A stretch of 24,000 nucleotides of DNA from Polyangiaceae bacterium (GTDB lineage Bacteria; Myxococcota_A; Polyangia; Polyangiales; Polyangiaceae): assembly GCA_041389785.1 (NCBI GenBank), contig JAWKRH010000026.1, forward strand, positions 1 to 24,000. Direction: 5' to 3'. This document shows, piece after piece, positions 1 to 8,096 of the stretch. The position numbers and the translations under genes were made by a program. The number at the start of each line of letters is the position of its first letter. The stretch's first letter is position 1. The notes under the pieces are model-generated. The model was not told the DNA's origin and did not search any database. It saw nothing but the letters and a program-made list of their open reading frames with translations.

Positions 1-1
1 C

Positions 2-982
2 CACCCGATCCGTCTGAAGCGAGGCGGGACGACGGTCTTCTTGGAGCTAGACCTCGCCGGCAACGTGAGGCGACTGCGCGCGCCAGGCGGCGGAGACCTG
101 GGGGGATACGGCTACAGCGCGTTCGGCAAGCAGCTCGAGGACACAGCGAGCGCAAGCTTCACGCAGCCGTACCGGTGGAAGGGACGCCCCCGCGACGTGC
201 TCGGCGGCGTCGAGACGTATGACATGCGGGCCCGCGTGTGGCTGCCCGAGGTGGGGGTGTTCAGCGCGATTGACGAGCTCGCGTTCCATTCGAGCCGCAC
301 CACGCTGTGGGGCTGGCCCAGTCAGAGCCCGGTGCGGTGGGCGGACCAGGACGGGAGGTGCGGGCAGTACTGCGTCGGCGCCGTCATCGGCGGCGTGCTG
401 GGCGGGCTCTACTACGCGGCGACCGCATCGACGGACCAGACGTGGGGAGAGTTCGCCGCGGGCGCTGCGCAAGCAGCCGCCATCGGCGCCGGTATCGGCG
501 TGCTCACTGCCGCGAGTCCGCAGGCTGGGTTCGTGCTGCTCGGCGGGCTCGGCGTCAGCAGCGATCGGGATCTGTGGAAGCTCGGCCTGGGCGTCGGACT
601 CGTTACGAGCGGCGGAGGGGCGTCCTGCCCGACGCGCAGCGGCGGCCCGGACGCAGCTCCGCGGGTTCACGGCAACTCGACACAGAGTGCGAAAGCCCAG
701 CACGGCTACGAGATCGTCGACACGACCACGGGTGATGTTGTGAAGACAGGCGTCAGTGGTGGGAGGCGAACAGCAACGGGCGGCTCGGCGCGCGCGAACT
801 CTCAGGCGAATCGCTGGAACAGGGAAGCGGGGGAGCCTGGCCGTTACGAGCCACGAGTAGTAAAGGAGGTTCCGGCTGGCGCAGGTTCGCGGCAGGAAAT
901 CCTTGAGTGGGAGGCCGAGCACGCAGCTGAGCTGCGCGCCGCTGGGCACCTGCGGGACCCAACGAAGCACAAGAGACCCTGA
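2..982 (+). CDS. RHS/YD-repeat protein C-terminus with polymorphic toxin tail (5' partial, continues upstream of the window)
   Basis: The frame is open from the window edge (nt 2: HPIRLKRGGTTVFLELDLAGN). YD-like segments (GGYGYSAFGKQ, FTQPYRWKGRP) precede the core-tip motif YDMRARVWLPEVGVFSAIDELAF..WGWPSQSPVRWADQDGR. A Gly/Ala-rich hydrophobic stretch follows, then a ~110-aa tail with GIY-YIG/URI-like layout (HGYEIVDTTTGDVVKTGVSGG..R..EWEAE). Nt 1-230 are nearly identical to 15785-16014. Confidence 0.85.
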   Translation, partial: HPIRLKRGGTTVFLELDLAGNVRRLRAPGGGDLGGYGYSAFGKQLEDTASASFTQPYRWKGRPRDVLGGVETYDMRARVWLPEVGVFSAIDELAFHSSRTTLWGWPSQSPVRWADQDGRCGQYCVGAVIGGVLGGLYYAATASTDQTWGEFAAGAAQAAAIGAGIGVLTAASPQAGFVLLGGLGVSSDRDLWKLGLGVGLVTSGGGASCPTRSGGPDAAPRVHGNSTQSAKAQHGYEIVDTTTGDVVKTGVSGGRRTATGGSARANSQANRWNREAGEPGRYEPRVVKEVPAGAGSRQEILEWEAEHAAELRAAGHLRDPTKHKRP

Positions 983-1638
983 TGCTCCTGAAGTACATCG
1001 ATCTCTTTCTCGCGCTCGACGAGTATCCGCGGGAGGTAGCGACTCCGTTCGGGTTTCGCACGCGATACGTCTGCAACTACTTGGAGCGGCGTGTACGCGC
1101 GCTCAAGTTCAAGACCGCGAACCTCAACAAGATCTGCGTGCGCGGCTGTCACAATCCGGGCGACGAGTGCCCCATCGTCTCAGACGCCTCCGCTGTACCA
1201 TCTGTGCGCTTCGACGAGGACGCGTACGCCAAGCTGGGGGAGGACGAGCAGCACGAGTTCTTCATCGCCATGCTGAGCGAGGGCTTTGCTAAGTGCGCCC
1301 GAGTTCACTCGATCCCCAGGGAGGAACTCGCGCGATACATCAACGAGTTTCGCGGCGACGGGTACCGGAACGCGTGGACGCACGGGAGCTTCCGGCTGGA
1401 CCGCGATGGGCTTGTTGCGCTTCTCCACTGCCGGTTGGATCCGGCCAAGTTCGTCCTACAGCTCGAGCTGCGACGCGCGGGAACCACCATCTTCGATCAG
1501 TCGATCCTAGAGACCCTGCCAGACGAGACGATCTTCGCGTATCGATTCAAGGACGTGGTCCTTGCGGACGATTCGATCGTCGTACGGAGCAAGTTCGACA
1601 AGCCGACGTTCACACTCCCACTTCTGGGTCTCCCGTGA
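982..1638 (+). CDS. putative immunity protein for the upstream RHS toxin tail
   Basis: 218-aa ORF. Its ATG overlaps the toxin stop (TGATG at 980-984). No recognisable domain; the call rests on position immediately after a polymorphic toxin. Confidence 0.65.
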   Translation: MLLKYIDLFLALDEYPREVATPFGFRTRYVCNYLERRVRALKFKTANLNKICVRGCHNPGDECPIVSDASAVPSVRFDEDAYAKLGEDEQHEFFIAMLSEGFAKCARVHSIPREELARYINEFRGDGYRNAWTHGSFRLDRDGLVALLHCRLDPAKFVLQLELRRAGTTIFDQSILETLPDETIFAYRFKDVVLADDSIVVRSKFDKPTFTLPLLGLP

Positions 1639-1709
1639 CCGTGTGCGCGTCGACCGACGCTGAGGCAGCGGAATGGAAGGAGGAGCGCGCCGTGACATCG
1701 CCCGCGAGC

Positions 1710-2045
1710 CTACCCGGCGATCCCCGCCGCGATCTTCGCGAGAGCCTCCTCGACCGGCTCCTCGTTCGCGACTCAGACGACCCGCCACCCCGCGCGCGCG
1801 AGCCGCGCGTCCCGCTTCGCGTCCGCCTCGCTGCGCTCGGCGTGATACCCCCCATCGACCTCGACCACGACGCGCACACTTGACGGCGCGAAGTCGACGA
1901 TGACCCCGGCGATCACCACCTGTCGCCGAAACACCACCCCGAGCCGCGCCGCGCGCAGCGCGCGCCATACGCGCTCCTCGCTCGCCGTGGGCGCGTGACG
2001 CATGCGAGCCGCGTGAGCACGAAGGACCTGAGCGCGAGTGACCAT
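1710..2045 (-). pseudogene. DUF559 (Vsr-like) endonuclease domain gene with premature in-frame TGA
   Basis: Reads MVTRAQVLRAHAARMRHAPTASEERVWRALR..FRRQVVIAGVIVDFA..VVVEVDGGYHAE..RDARLARAGWRVV, then TGA at 1773-1775 where the intact paralog (7361..7696) has Arg. The frame continues VANEEPVEEALAKIAAGIAG to TAG at 1710-1712. A GGAGG lies upstream of the ATG. Confidence 0.75.
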
Positions 2046-2492
2046 GAGCACCTCCCGTCCCGGCGGGGCGCCGGGCGCAGCGACCCGAGCGCAGGCGGCG
2101 TGACGCGCGTCCACGCCTCGACGCGCGTGACGCGTTGGAGCGCGGCGCGCCGCGTGCGCGTCAGAGCAAGCCCGGCGCCCCACCGGGACGGGAGCACGCG
2201 GGAGTGAGCGCGTGGCGCATGTATACGCAAGCTTTAGCGCTCGAGTGCCTGTTCGCGATCTTGCCCGCACTCGCCGCACAAGCGTCGGCGGCGCGTCTCC
2301 GCGATGCTCCCGCCCTCGGCCCACGCCCGCCCCCGCGCGTCTTCACCCCATGATTCAGGGCCGGCGCTAGGGCCGGGTACGGGTCTCCCCCGCGCGCCCG
2401 CAGCGCGGAGCGCGAGGACGCGCTTGGGGGAGCGGCGTGGCGAGACACGCGAGAGCTCGCGCCGCTGACCCACGCCCGTGGGGGCAACTCCA
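2046..2492. repeat. inter-cassette conserved module, variant 1 (with ~48-bp insertion)
   Basis: Same sequence family as 7697..8096, 3762..4032 and 13457..13728. Contains the GCATGTATACGCA box, TGATTCAG, helix P-a (CTCCCCCGCGCG/CGCGCttGGGGGAG), helix P-b (GGCGTGG/CCACGCC) and the junction CGTGGGGGCAACTCCA. Confidence 0.85.
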
Positions 2493-3232
2493 ATGCGGGC
2501 CCGCGTGTGGCTGCCCGAGGTTGGGGTGTTCAGCGCGATCGATGAGCTCGCGTACCACGACGCGACCTCGACGCTGTGGGGTTGGCCGGGGCAGAGCCCG
2601 TATCGATATTCGGACCCGAGCGGTCGCTGCCCCGCCTGTGTCGCGGCGTTGGTGACCCTCATCGGCTTCGGCGTGGCGGCGCGCCGTCCGACACAGCGAG
2701 TGCTCCGGCGGACCTTCCTGGAATGATGGCGGCGGTGCCCGGGCTGGGCCAGGCGGCCGGGGCCGGGCTCCGGGGCATCGCCGGCTTCTTCGCGCCCTAC
2801 GTGGAGCGGACCGCGCCAGGCCTCGCCAACGCGCTGCGAGGCGCCCCGCGCGCGAGCGCCGCTGCGGAAGCAGCTGGGGGCAGTTGCGGCGGGGGCGTGG
2901 CAGCTGGCGGGGCTGCGCCTGGAACGATCGCACAAATTGCCGAGGGCAAGAGTATCCAGGGAGGAGTGCGGGCGCTCAACGAGGCGGGCGCCTCGCAACA
3001 GGAGGCGGTGCAAGCCTTGACGCAAATCGTTGCCAACTCTGGTCGAGAGCTTATTCAGACGACGGTGCAGGGCGAGGCCGGCAGCGTAGGTCTAGCAGGT
3101 GTTCAGTTCGTCCACGGCGGAGCAACCAAGGCCGTGGTCGTTGGCGCAGACGGCGTCGCTAGGTACGGCTCTGCGACCGCCACGTATTCGGCGGACGGCT
3201 CGCTCGTGCTCTCGAACTTCGTTCCGTACTGA
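2478..3232 (+). pseudogene. orphan RHS tip + toxin tail (family B/F), frameshifted
   Basis: Starts MGATPMRARVWLPEVGVFSAIDELAYHDATSTLWGWPGQSPYRYSDPSGRCPACVAALVTLIGFGVAA. A 2-nt insertion near 2681 (ggcggcgcgccgtcc here, ggcggcgccgtcc at 12371) shifts the frame. The rest of the tail continues in ORF 2576..3232, identical to the tail of 11493..12926. Confidence 0.75.
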
Positions 3233-3246
3233 GTACGCTTGCCCCC

Positions 3247-3645
3247 ATGAGCATCCCCCCGAACATCTCCCATCGCATTGAGCGTGCGATCGGCATGTTG
3301 GAGCCCGAGCCGCTCGGGCACGTCAACTACGAGGGGCGGCGGCATCGAGCGCTTCCGCTCTTCGGCACGGTGGGTGAAGTTTGGCTGCTCCGGCCCGACG
3401 GCACACTGTGGAGAGCAGACTCCGACGCGGGGCTGCCACTGGAGCCTCTCCCCGCAGAGCTGCACACGATGGCGCTCGTCGCTGGCTCGCTGCGATATCC
3501 TTGGCTTGGCGCGTTGCTGCCCGTGCGACCGCTTGGAGCCATCGAGTGCGGAACTTGCGACGGGGCGGGAAGGTTGGGCGCGACGAAGACGGTCTTCTGC
3601 AACACCTGTGGCGCGCTTGGGTGGCGCCCGCCGCCACCCGGGTGA
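3247..3645 (+). CDS. putative immunity protein with DnaJ-type CxxCxGxG zinc-finger pair
   Basis: 132-aa ORF starting 14 nt after the toxin stop. The protein is identical to 12941..13339. The C-terminus carries ECGTCDGAGRLGATKTVFCNTCGALG. Confidence 0.7.
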   Translation: MSIPPNISHRIERAIGMLEPEPLGHVNYEGRRHRALPLFGTVGEVWLLRPDGTLWRADSDAGLPLEPLPAELHTMALVAGSLRYPWLGALLPVRPLGAIECGTCDGAGRLGATKTVFCNTCGALGWRPPPPG

Positions 3646-3665
3646 GCACTCCTGGTTGACGGTCG

Positions 3666-3761
3666 CCGCCGCAGCGCGCGCCATACGCGCTCCTCGCTCG
3701 CCGTCGGCGCGTGACGCATGCGAGCCGCGTGCGCACGAAGTAGTTGAGCGCGAGCGACCAT
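3666..3761 (-). pseudogene. DUF559 endonuclease 5' stump
   Basis: Encodes MVARAQLLRAHAARMRHAPTASEERVWRALR, then homology stops. The leader and RBS are also deleted (gaccatgag|ccccaccggg here, against ~130 extra nt in the intact copy). Confidence 0.7.
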
Positions 3762-4032
3762 GAGCCCCACCGGGACGGGGGCACGCCGGAGCGAGCGCAC
3801 ACTGCATGTGTACGCACGCTTACGCACTCGAGTGACTGTTCGCGATGCTGCCGCCCTCGGCATACGCCCGCCTCCGCGCGTCTTCACCCCATGATTCAGG
3901 GCCGGCGCTAGGGCCGGGTACGGGTCTCCCCGCGCGCCCGCAGCGCGGAGCGCGAGGACGCGCTTGGGGGAGCGGCGTGGCGAGACACGCGAGAGCTCGC
4001 GCCGCTGACCCACGCCCGTGGGGGCAACTCCA
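3762..4032. repeat. inter-cassette conserved module, variant 1 (short form)
   Basis: Nearly identical to 13457..13728, with one C missing in the CTCCCCC run. Confidence 0.8.
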
Positions 4033-4097
4033 ATGCGGGCCGCGTGTGGCTGCCCGAGGTGGGGGTGTTCAGCGCGATCGACGAGCTCGCGTACCAA
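4019..4097 (+). pseudogene. 5' fragment of orphan RHS tip, cut by IS21 insertion
   Basis: GTG GGG GCA ACT CCA ATG CGG.. tip motif carrying a 1-nt deletion (atgcgggccgcg here, atgcgggcccgcg elsewhere). It ends at ..gagctcgcgtaccaa, directly abutting the IS left end. The continuation resumes at 6291. Confidence 0.75.
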
Positions 4098-4223
4098 TGT
4101 TGAGCGTCAGTAAAACTGACCCCCTGGCGACACTAAAACTGACCCCCCTCCCGGTGGCGGGAAGGATGGGAAAAGTCGATGGAATCAGGGCAAATTGTGG
4201 CACCTCCGGAGGCGGAGGTCGTG

Positions 4224-5447
4224 ATGGTCGAGCCGGAGCTCGTACGGCAGATCCGCTTGTTGCACGAGGCGGGATGGGGCGCGAAGAGCATCGCGCGGGA
4301 GGTCGCGGTCGCACGCAACACGGTGCGGCGGTACCTGCGTAGCCCACAGGCCGAGGTTCAGGTCCGGCCTGCGCGACGCGCGCTCGATGCCGAGGCGTGC
4401 TCGCGAGCTCGCGAGCTCTTCGCCGGCGCAGCGGGCGGCAACGCGGTCGTCGTCCAGCAGATGCTCGAAGCGCAGGGCGTCGAGGCGAGCGTGCGCTCGG
4501 TCCAGCGCGCGGTCGCGGAGCAACGGCGCCAGGCGCGCGTCGCCGCGCTCGCGACGGTTCGGTACGAGACCGCGCCGGGCGAGCAGATGCAGATCGACTT
4601 CGGCGAGAAGTGGGTCGACATCGCGGGCGAGCCAACGCGCGTGTTCCTCCTCGTTGCCGTGCTGAGCCATTCGCGCAGGCTCTTCGTGAAGCCGTTCCTC
4701 AACCAGCGCTCGGACGACTGGCGTGAGGGCATCGCCGCCGCGTTCCGGCACTTCGGCGGCGTCCCGCGCACGCTCCTCGGCGACAACGCCAAGGCGCTCG
4801 TCCTCGGTCGCGATCGGACGAGCGGCGCGGTGACGTTCCATCCGACCTACGTCGCGTTCTGTCGTGACTGGGGCGTCCAGCCCCGCGCATGCGGGCCGTA
4901 CCGCGCCCGGACCAAGGGCAAGACCGAGAGCGGCGTGAAGTACGTCAAGCGCAACGGACTGGCCGACCGCGCGTTCGAGTCGTTCGCGGCGCTCGAGCAG
5001 CACCTCGGCGAGTGGATGGTCCTCGCCGACCAGCGCGAGCACGGCACGACGCACGAGCGGCCGTTCGACCGCTTCGAGCGCGACGAGCGACGCGCGCTCC
5101 GGCCGCTACCGGCGCAGCCGCTCGTCGTGCGTCACCGTCGGCTCCGCCGGCGCGTCAGCAACGACGCCTTCGTAGACGTCGACACCGTCCGCTACAGCGT
5201 GCCGTTTCGGCTCGTGCGCGCCGAGGTCGAAGTCGTCGTCGGCGACGACGCCGTCGACGTGTTCCTCGGCGTCGAGCGCGTCGCACGCCACCTCCGCTCG
5301 AGCGAGCCCCACGCCCGCATCGTCGATCCGGCGCACTTCGATGGGCTCTGGCGTCGCTCCCCTGCGCCCGTCGTCACTGGCGGTGCGCTCGAAGCCCTCG
5401 GCCGCAGCCTCGCGGACTACGAGGCCGTCCTCGAGGTGGCGTCATGA
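4224..5447 (+). CDS. istA: IS21-family transposase IstA
   Basis: N-terminal HTH (ELVRQIRLLHEAGWGAKSIAREVAVARNTVRRYL). DDE core pattern (QIDFGEKW..VFLLVAVLSHSRR..AFRHFGGVPRTLLGDNAKALV). The start is uncertain: ATG 4224 follows GGAGGCGGAGG, and the ORF is open from ATG 4179. Confidence 0.9.
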   Translation: MVEPELVRQIRLLHEAGWGAKSIAREVAVARNTVRRYLRSPQAEVQVRPARRALDAEACSRARELFAGAAGGNAVVVQQMLEAQGVEASVRSVQRAVAEQRRQARVAALATVRYETAPGEQMQIDFGEKWVDIAGEPTRVFLLVAVLSHSRRLFVKPFLNQRSDDWREGIAAAFRHFGGVPRTLLGDNAKALVLGRDRTSGAVTFHPTYVAFCRDWGVQPRACGPYRARTKGKTESGVKYVKRNGLADRAFESFAALEQHLGEWMVLADQREHGTTHERPFDRFERDERRALRPLPAQPLVVRHRRLRRRVSNDAFVDVDTVRYSVPFRLVRAEVEVVVGDDAVDVFLGVERVARHLRSSEPHARIVDPAHFDGLWRRSPAPVVTGGALEALGRSLADYEAVLEVAS

Positions 5448-6223
5448 AGGACCTCGTCCACGCCCGCGTCGTCGATAACCTCGCTCGCCTCCGGCTCGGT
5501 CACGTCGCGGAGCGCGTCGACGCTTTGCTCTCCGAGGCGGCGAAGAAGGACTCGACGTACCTCGACTTCCTCGACGGGCTCCTCTCCGAGGAGCTCGCGA
5601 GCAAGCAACGCAAGCGCATCGCGATGCACGTGCAGATTGCGCACTTCCCGGCCGTGAAGACGCTCGACGACTTCGATTTCAAGTTCCAGCCGAGCCTGGA
5701 CCAGAAGCTCGTGCGCGAGCTCGCCACCGGCCGCTACATCGCCAACGCCGAAAACGTCCTCGTCTTCGGGCCGCCCGGCGTCGGCAAGACGCACCTCGCG
5801 ATCGCGCTCGGCCGCGCCGCCGTCGAGACCGGCCACGCTGTGCTCTTCGTCAGCGCCACGACCCTGCTCGCGCAGCTCGCCCGCGCCGAGGCGGAAGGAC
5901 AGCTCGACGCCAAGCTCGCCTACTTCGCGAAGCCGAAGCTCCTCGTCATCGACGAGCTCGGCTACCTGCCCTTCGAGAAGCGCGCCGCGCATCTCTTCTT
6001 CCAGCTCGTCGCGCGGCGCTACGAGCGCGGCAGCCTCCTCATCACGACCAACCAGGTCGTGACGCAGTGGGGCGCCGTCTTCGGCGACGACGTGCTCGCG
6101 GCGGCGATCCTCGACCGCCTCTTGCACCACTCCCACACCCTCATGATCCAAGGAGAGAGCTACCGCTTGAAGCAGAAGAAAAGGGCCGGCCTGCTCGGTA
6201 GCAGCGCGGCCTCGAAGGGCTGA
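5444..6223 (+). CDS. istB: IS21-family helper ATPase IstB
   Basis: ATGA overlap with the istA stop. Walker A GPPGVGKTH, Walker B LLVIDELGY, and a typical IstB tail (LLITTNQ..WG..F.D..LAAAILDRLLHHS). Confidence 0.92.
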   Translation: MKDLVHARVVDNLARLRLGHVAERVDALLSEAAKKDSTYLDFLDGLLSEELASKQRKRIAMHVQIAHFPAVKTLDDFDFKFQPSLDQKLVRELATGRYIANAENVLVFGPPGVGKTHLAIALGRAAVETGHAVLFVSATTLLAQLARAEAEGQLDAKLAYFAKPKLLVIDELGYLPFEKRAAHLFFQLVARRYERGSLLITTNQVVTQWGAVFGDDVLAAAILDRLLHHSHTLMIQGESYRLKQKKRAGLLGSSAASKG

Positions 6224-6290
6224 TCGCAGGCCTCTGGGAGGGGGTCAGTTTTACTGTCGTAAGGGGGTCAGTTCTCGCTGACGTTGCACA

Positions 6291-6979
6291 ACCAATCGTC
6301 GCGGCACACGCTGTGGAGCTGGCCTGGGCAGAGTCCATATCGCTATGCGGACCCGAGCGGTCGCTACGCGGTCCCCGGTCTAGCTCCGTTCCTGACCGCC
6401 CCGCTTGCACCCGGCGGCGCCGTGTCGTTCGAGGTTGGCATCGCGACTGCTTCGAGCGCGGGGACGTTCGGGGCCTTCGCACTCGCGGCCGGCGCGATCA
6501 TCACCGCCGCGACGTACGATATCCTCACCCAGCTCGACCAGCTCGAGCACCCAACCGTGACCACGGACGGGGGCAGCAGCCCTGCCGGCTCTGGCCGGGG
6601 TTGCCCGAGCGCCGCGGGAGGTGGCAACATCAGTGGCGGCGGACCACCGGCGCCCCCCACGTCGAGTTCTGGTGGGGGCGGTGCTTCGGACGCAGGCTCT
6701 GATGGAGGGGACCCATTTGCGATTCTCCGCAGCCTGCCACGAGGCCGCCAATCGCATGTTCGTACGGTGGGCTCGGAGCAACAGCTCGAGGCCATCTTCG
6801 ATCAGCTGGCGTCCGGGGGCACGCCGGTCCAGAACTATCCGGGCCGCGCGGTTCGGCTGTCGGACGGCACCTTCGTCGGAATCCGCCAGGGATCGGCGTC
6901 AGGTGGTCCAACGATCGACATCAACCGCGCAGGCATTCGAACGAAGATTCACATCGAGCCATGGCCACCGAACCCGTGA
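6291..6979 (+). pseudogene. 3' part of IS-split orphan RHS tip + toxin tail (family C)
   Basis: Resumes ..QSSRHTLWSWPGQSPYRYADPSGRYAVPGL.. right after the IS. Joining 4097 to 6296 restores DELAYQSSRHTLWSW. The tail ends ..SHVRTVGSEQQLEAIFDQLASGGTPVQNYPGRAVRLSDGTFVGIRQGSASGGPTIDINRAGIRTKIHIEPWPPNP, a domain I cannot assign. Confidence 0.75.
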
Positions 6980-7332
6980 GCACCATCGTGGAAGAGATCC
7001 TCGTGCACGGCGCAGACGACTGGGTAGACATGCCTGAGGTCTACGCGATCGTGCGCGAGAAGCTCCCAGAAGCCGACGGCGCGACCCTTCGAGAGCAGGC
7101 GATCGCCGCCATATGTCATGTCGTGAGGCTCGGTCTCATGGAGGTGGGGACCGTCACGACGGCGGGCTTCGTGGGCAGCACAGAAACGGTGGCGTCGTTC
7201 GAGTCGCGCCTCCGTGCCGAGTGGAGTGTGAGCTCTCCGCCCTTCGTCCCGGGAGAGATCTGCTGGCTTCGTCTCACTGAGCGAGGAGCCCCCATAGCTG
7301 AGAAAGCACTCGAGCGACGGCGTAGCGAGTGA
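6961..7332 (+). CDS. putative immunity protein (family C)
   Basis: 123-aa ORF overlapping the toxin end by 19 nt. An intact paralog lies at 18781..19152 and a decayed one at 8825..9192. Confidence 0.7.
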   Translation: MATEPVSTIVEEILVHGADDWVDMPEVYAIVREKLPEADGATLREQAIAAICHVVRLGLMEVGTVTTAGFVGSTETVASFESRLRAEWSVSSPPFVPGEICWLRLTERGAPIAEKALERRRSE

Positions 7333-7360
7333 ATTCGTGGCTTCCGGCGCGGTGCTTAGG

Positions 7361-7696
7361 CTACCCGCCGACCGCCGCCGCGATCCTCGCGACCGCCACC
7401 TCGATCGGCTCCTCGCTGCCAACCCTGACGACGCGCCACCCCGCGCGCGCGAGCCGCGCATCCCGCCTCGCGTCCGCGGCGACGCGCTCCGCATGATACC
7501 CGCCATCGACCTCGACCACGAGCCGCACCGAGGACGCCGCGAAGTCGACGATGCAGCCACCGACGACGACCTGCCGCCGAAACACGACGCCGAGCTGCCG
7601 GCCGCGCAGCGCGCGCCACAGGCGCTCCTCGCTCGCCGTCGGCGCGTGACGCATGCGAGCCGCGTGTGCACGAAGGACCTGAGCGCGATCGACCAT
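7361..7696 (-). CDS. DUF559 (Vsr-like) endonuclease domain protein, the only intact copy
   Basis: 111 aa: MVDRAQVLRAHAARMRHAPTASEERLWRALRGRQLGVVFRRQVVVGGCIVDFAASSVRLVVEVDGGYHAERVAADARRDARLARAGWRVVRVGSEEPIEVAVARIAAAVGG. GGAGGTG sits 5 nt upstream of the ATG. Confidence 0.85.
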   Translation of the reverse strand: MVDRAQVLRAHAARMRHAPTASEERLWRALRGRQLGVVFRRQVVVGGCIVDFAASSVRLVVEVDGGYHAERVAADARRDARLARAGWRVVRVGSEEPIEVAVARIAAAVGG

Positions 7697-8096
7697 GAGC
7701 ACCTCCCGTCCCGGCGGGGCGCCGGGCGCAGCGACCCGAGCGCAGGCGGCGTGACGCGCGTCCACGCCTCGACGCGCGTGACGCGAGGAGCGCGGCGCGC
7801 CGCGTGCGCGTCAGAGCAAGCCCGGCGCCCCACCGGGACGGGGGCACGCCGGAGCGAGCGCGTAACGCATGTATACGCATGCTTACGCGCTCGAGGGCCT
7901 GTTCGCGATGCTCCTGCCCTCGGCCCACGCCCGCCCCCGCGCGTCTTCACCCCATGATTCAGGGCCGGCGCTAGGGCCGCGTACGGGTCTCCCCCGCGCG
8001 CCCGCAGCGCGCAGCGCGAGGACGCGCTTGGGGGAGCGGCGTGGCGAGACACGCGAGAGCTCGCGCCGCCGACCCACGCCCGTGGGGGCAACTCCA
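7697..8096. repeat. inter-cassette conserved module, variant 1 (full form with DUF559 leader)
   Basis: Contains the leader hairpin 7753-7780, the GCATGTATACGCATGC box 7867-7882, helices P-a and P-b, and the junction CGTGGGGGCAACTCCA ending at 8096. Confidence 0.85.
7753..7780 (-). promoter_or_regulatory. hairpin in DUF559 leader
   Basis: GACGCGCGTC cacgcctc GACGCGCGTG gives a 9-bp stem with an 8-nt loop, 57-84 nt upstream of the DUF559 ATG. Also present at ~2101-2135 and ~9605-9640. Absent from the two stump copies. Confidence 0.35.

Larger units (their letters stand above)
4098..6290 (+). mobile_element. IS21-family insertion sequence (istA + istB)
   Basis: Ends are TG...CA. The imperfect ~55-bp terminal inverted repeats (4098-4152 and 6236-6290) each hold two copies of AACTGACCCCC. 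A 5-bp direct repeat ACCAA flanks it (4093-4097 and 6291-6295). The two overlapping ORFs are typical of IS21. Confidence 0.9.

Noticed and set aside
4889-6223. A 444-aa ORF extending istB upstream.
   Set aside because: The first ~185 aa are an Arg-rich out-of-frame overlap with istA. IstB homology begins at MKDLVHARVV (ATG 5444), which forms the classical ATGA overlap with the istA stop.
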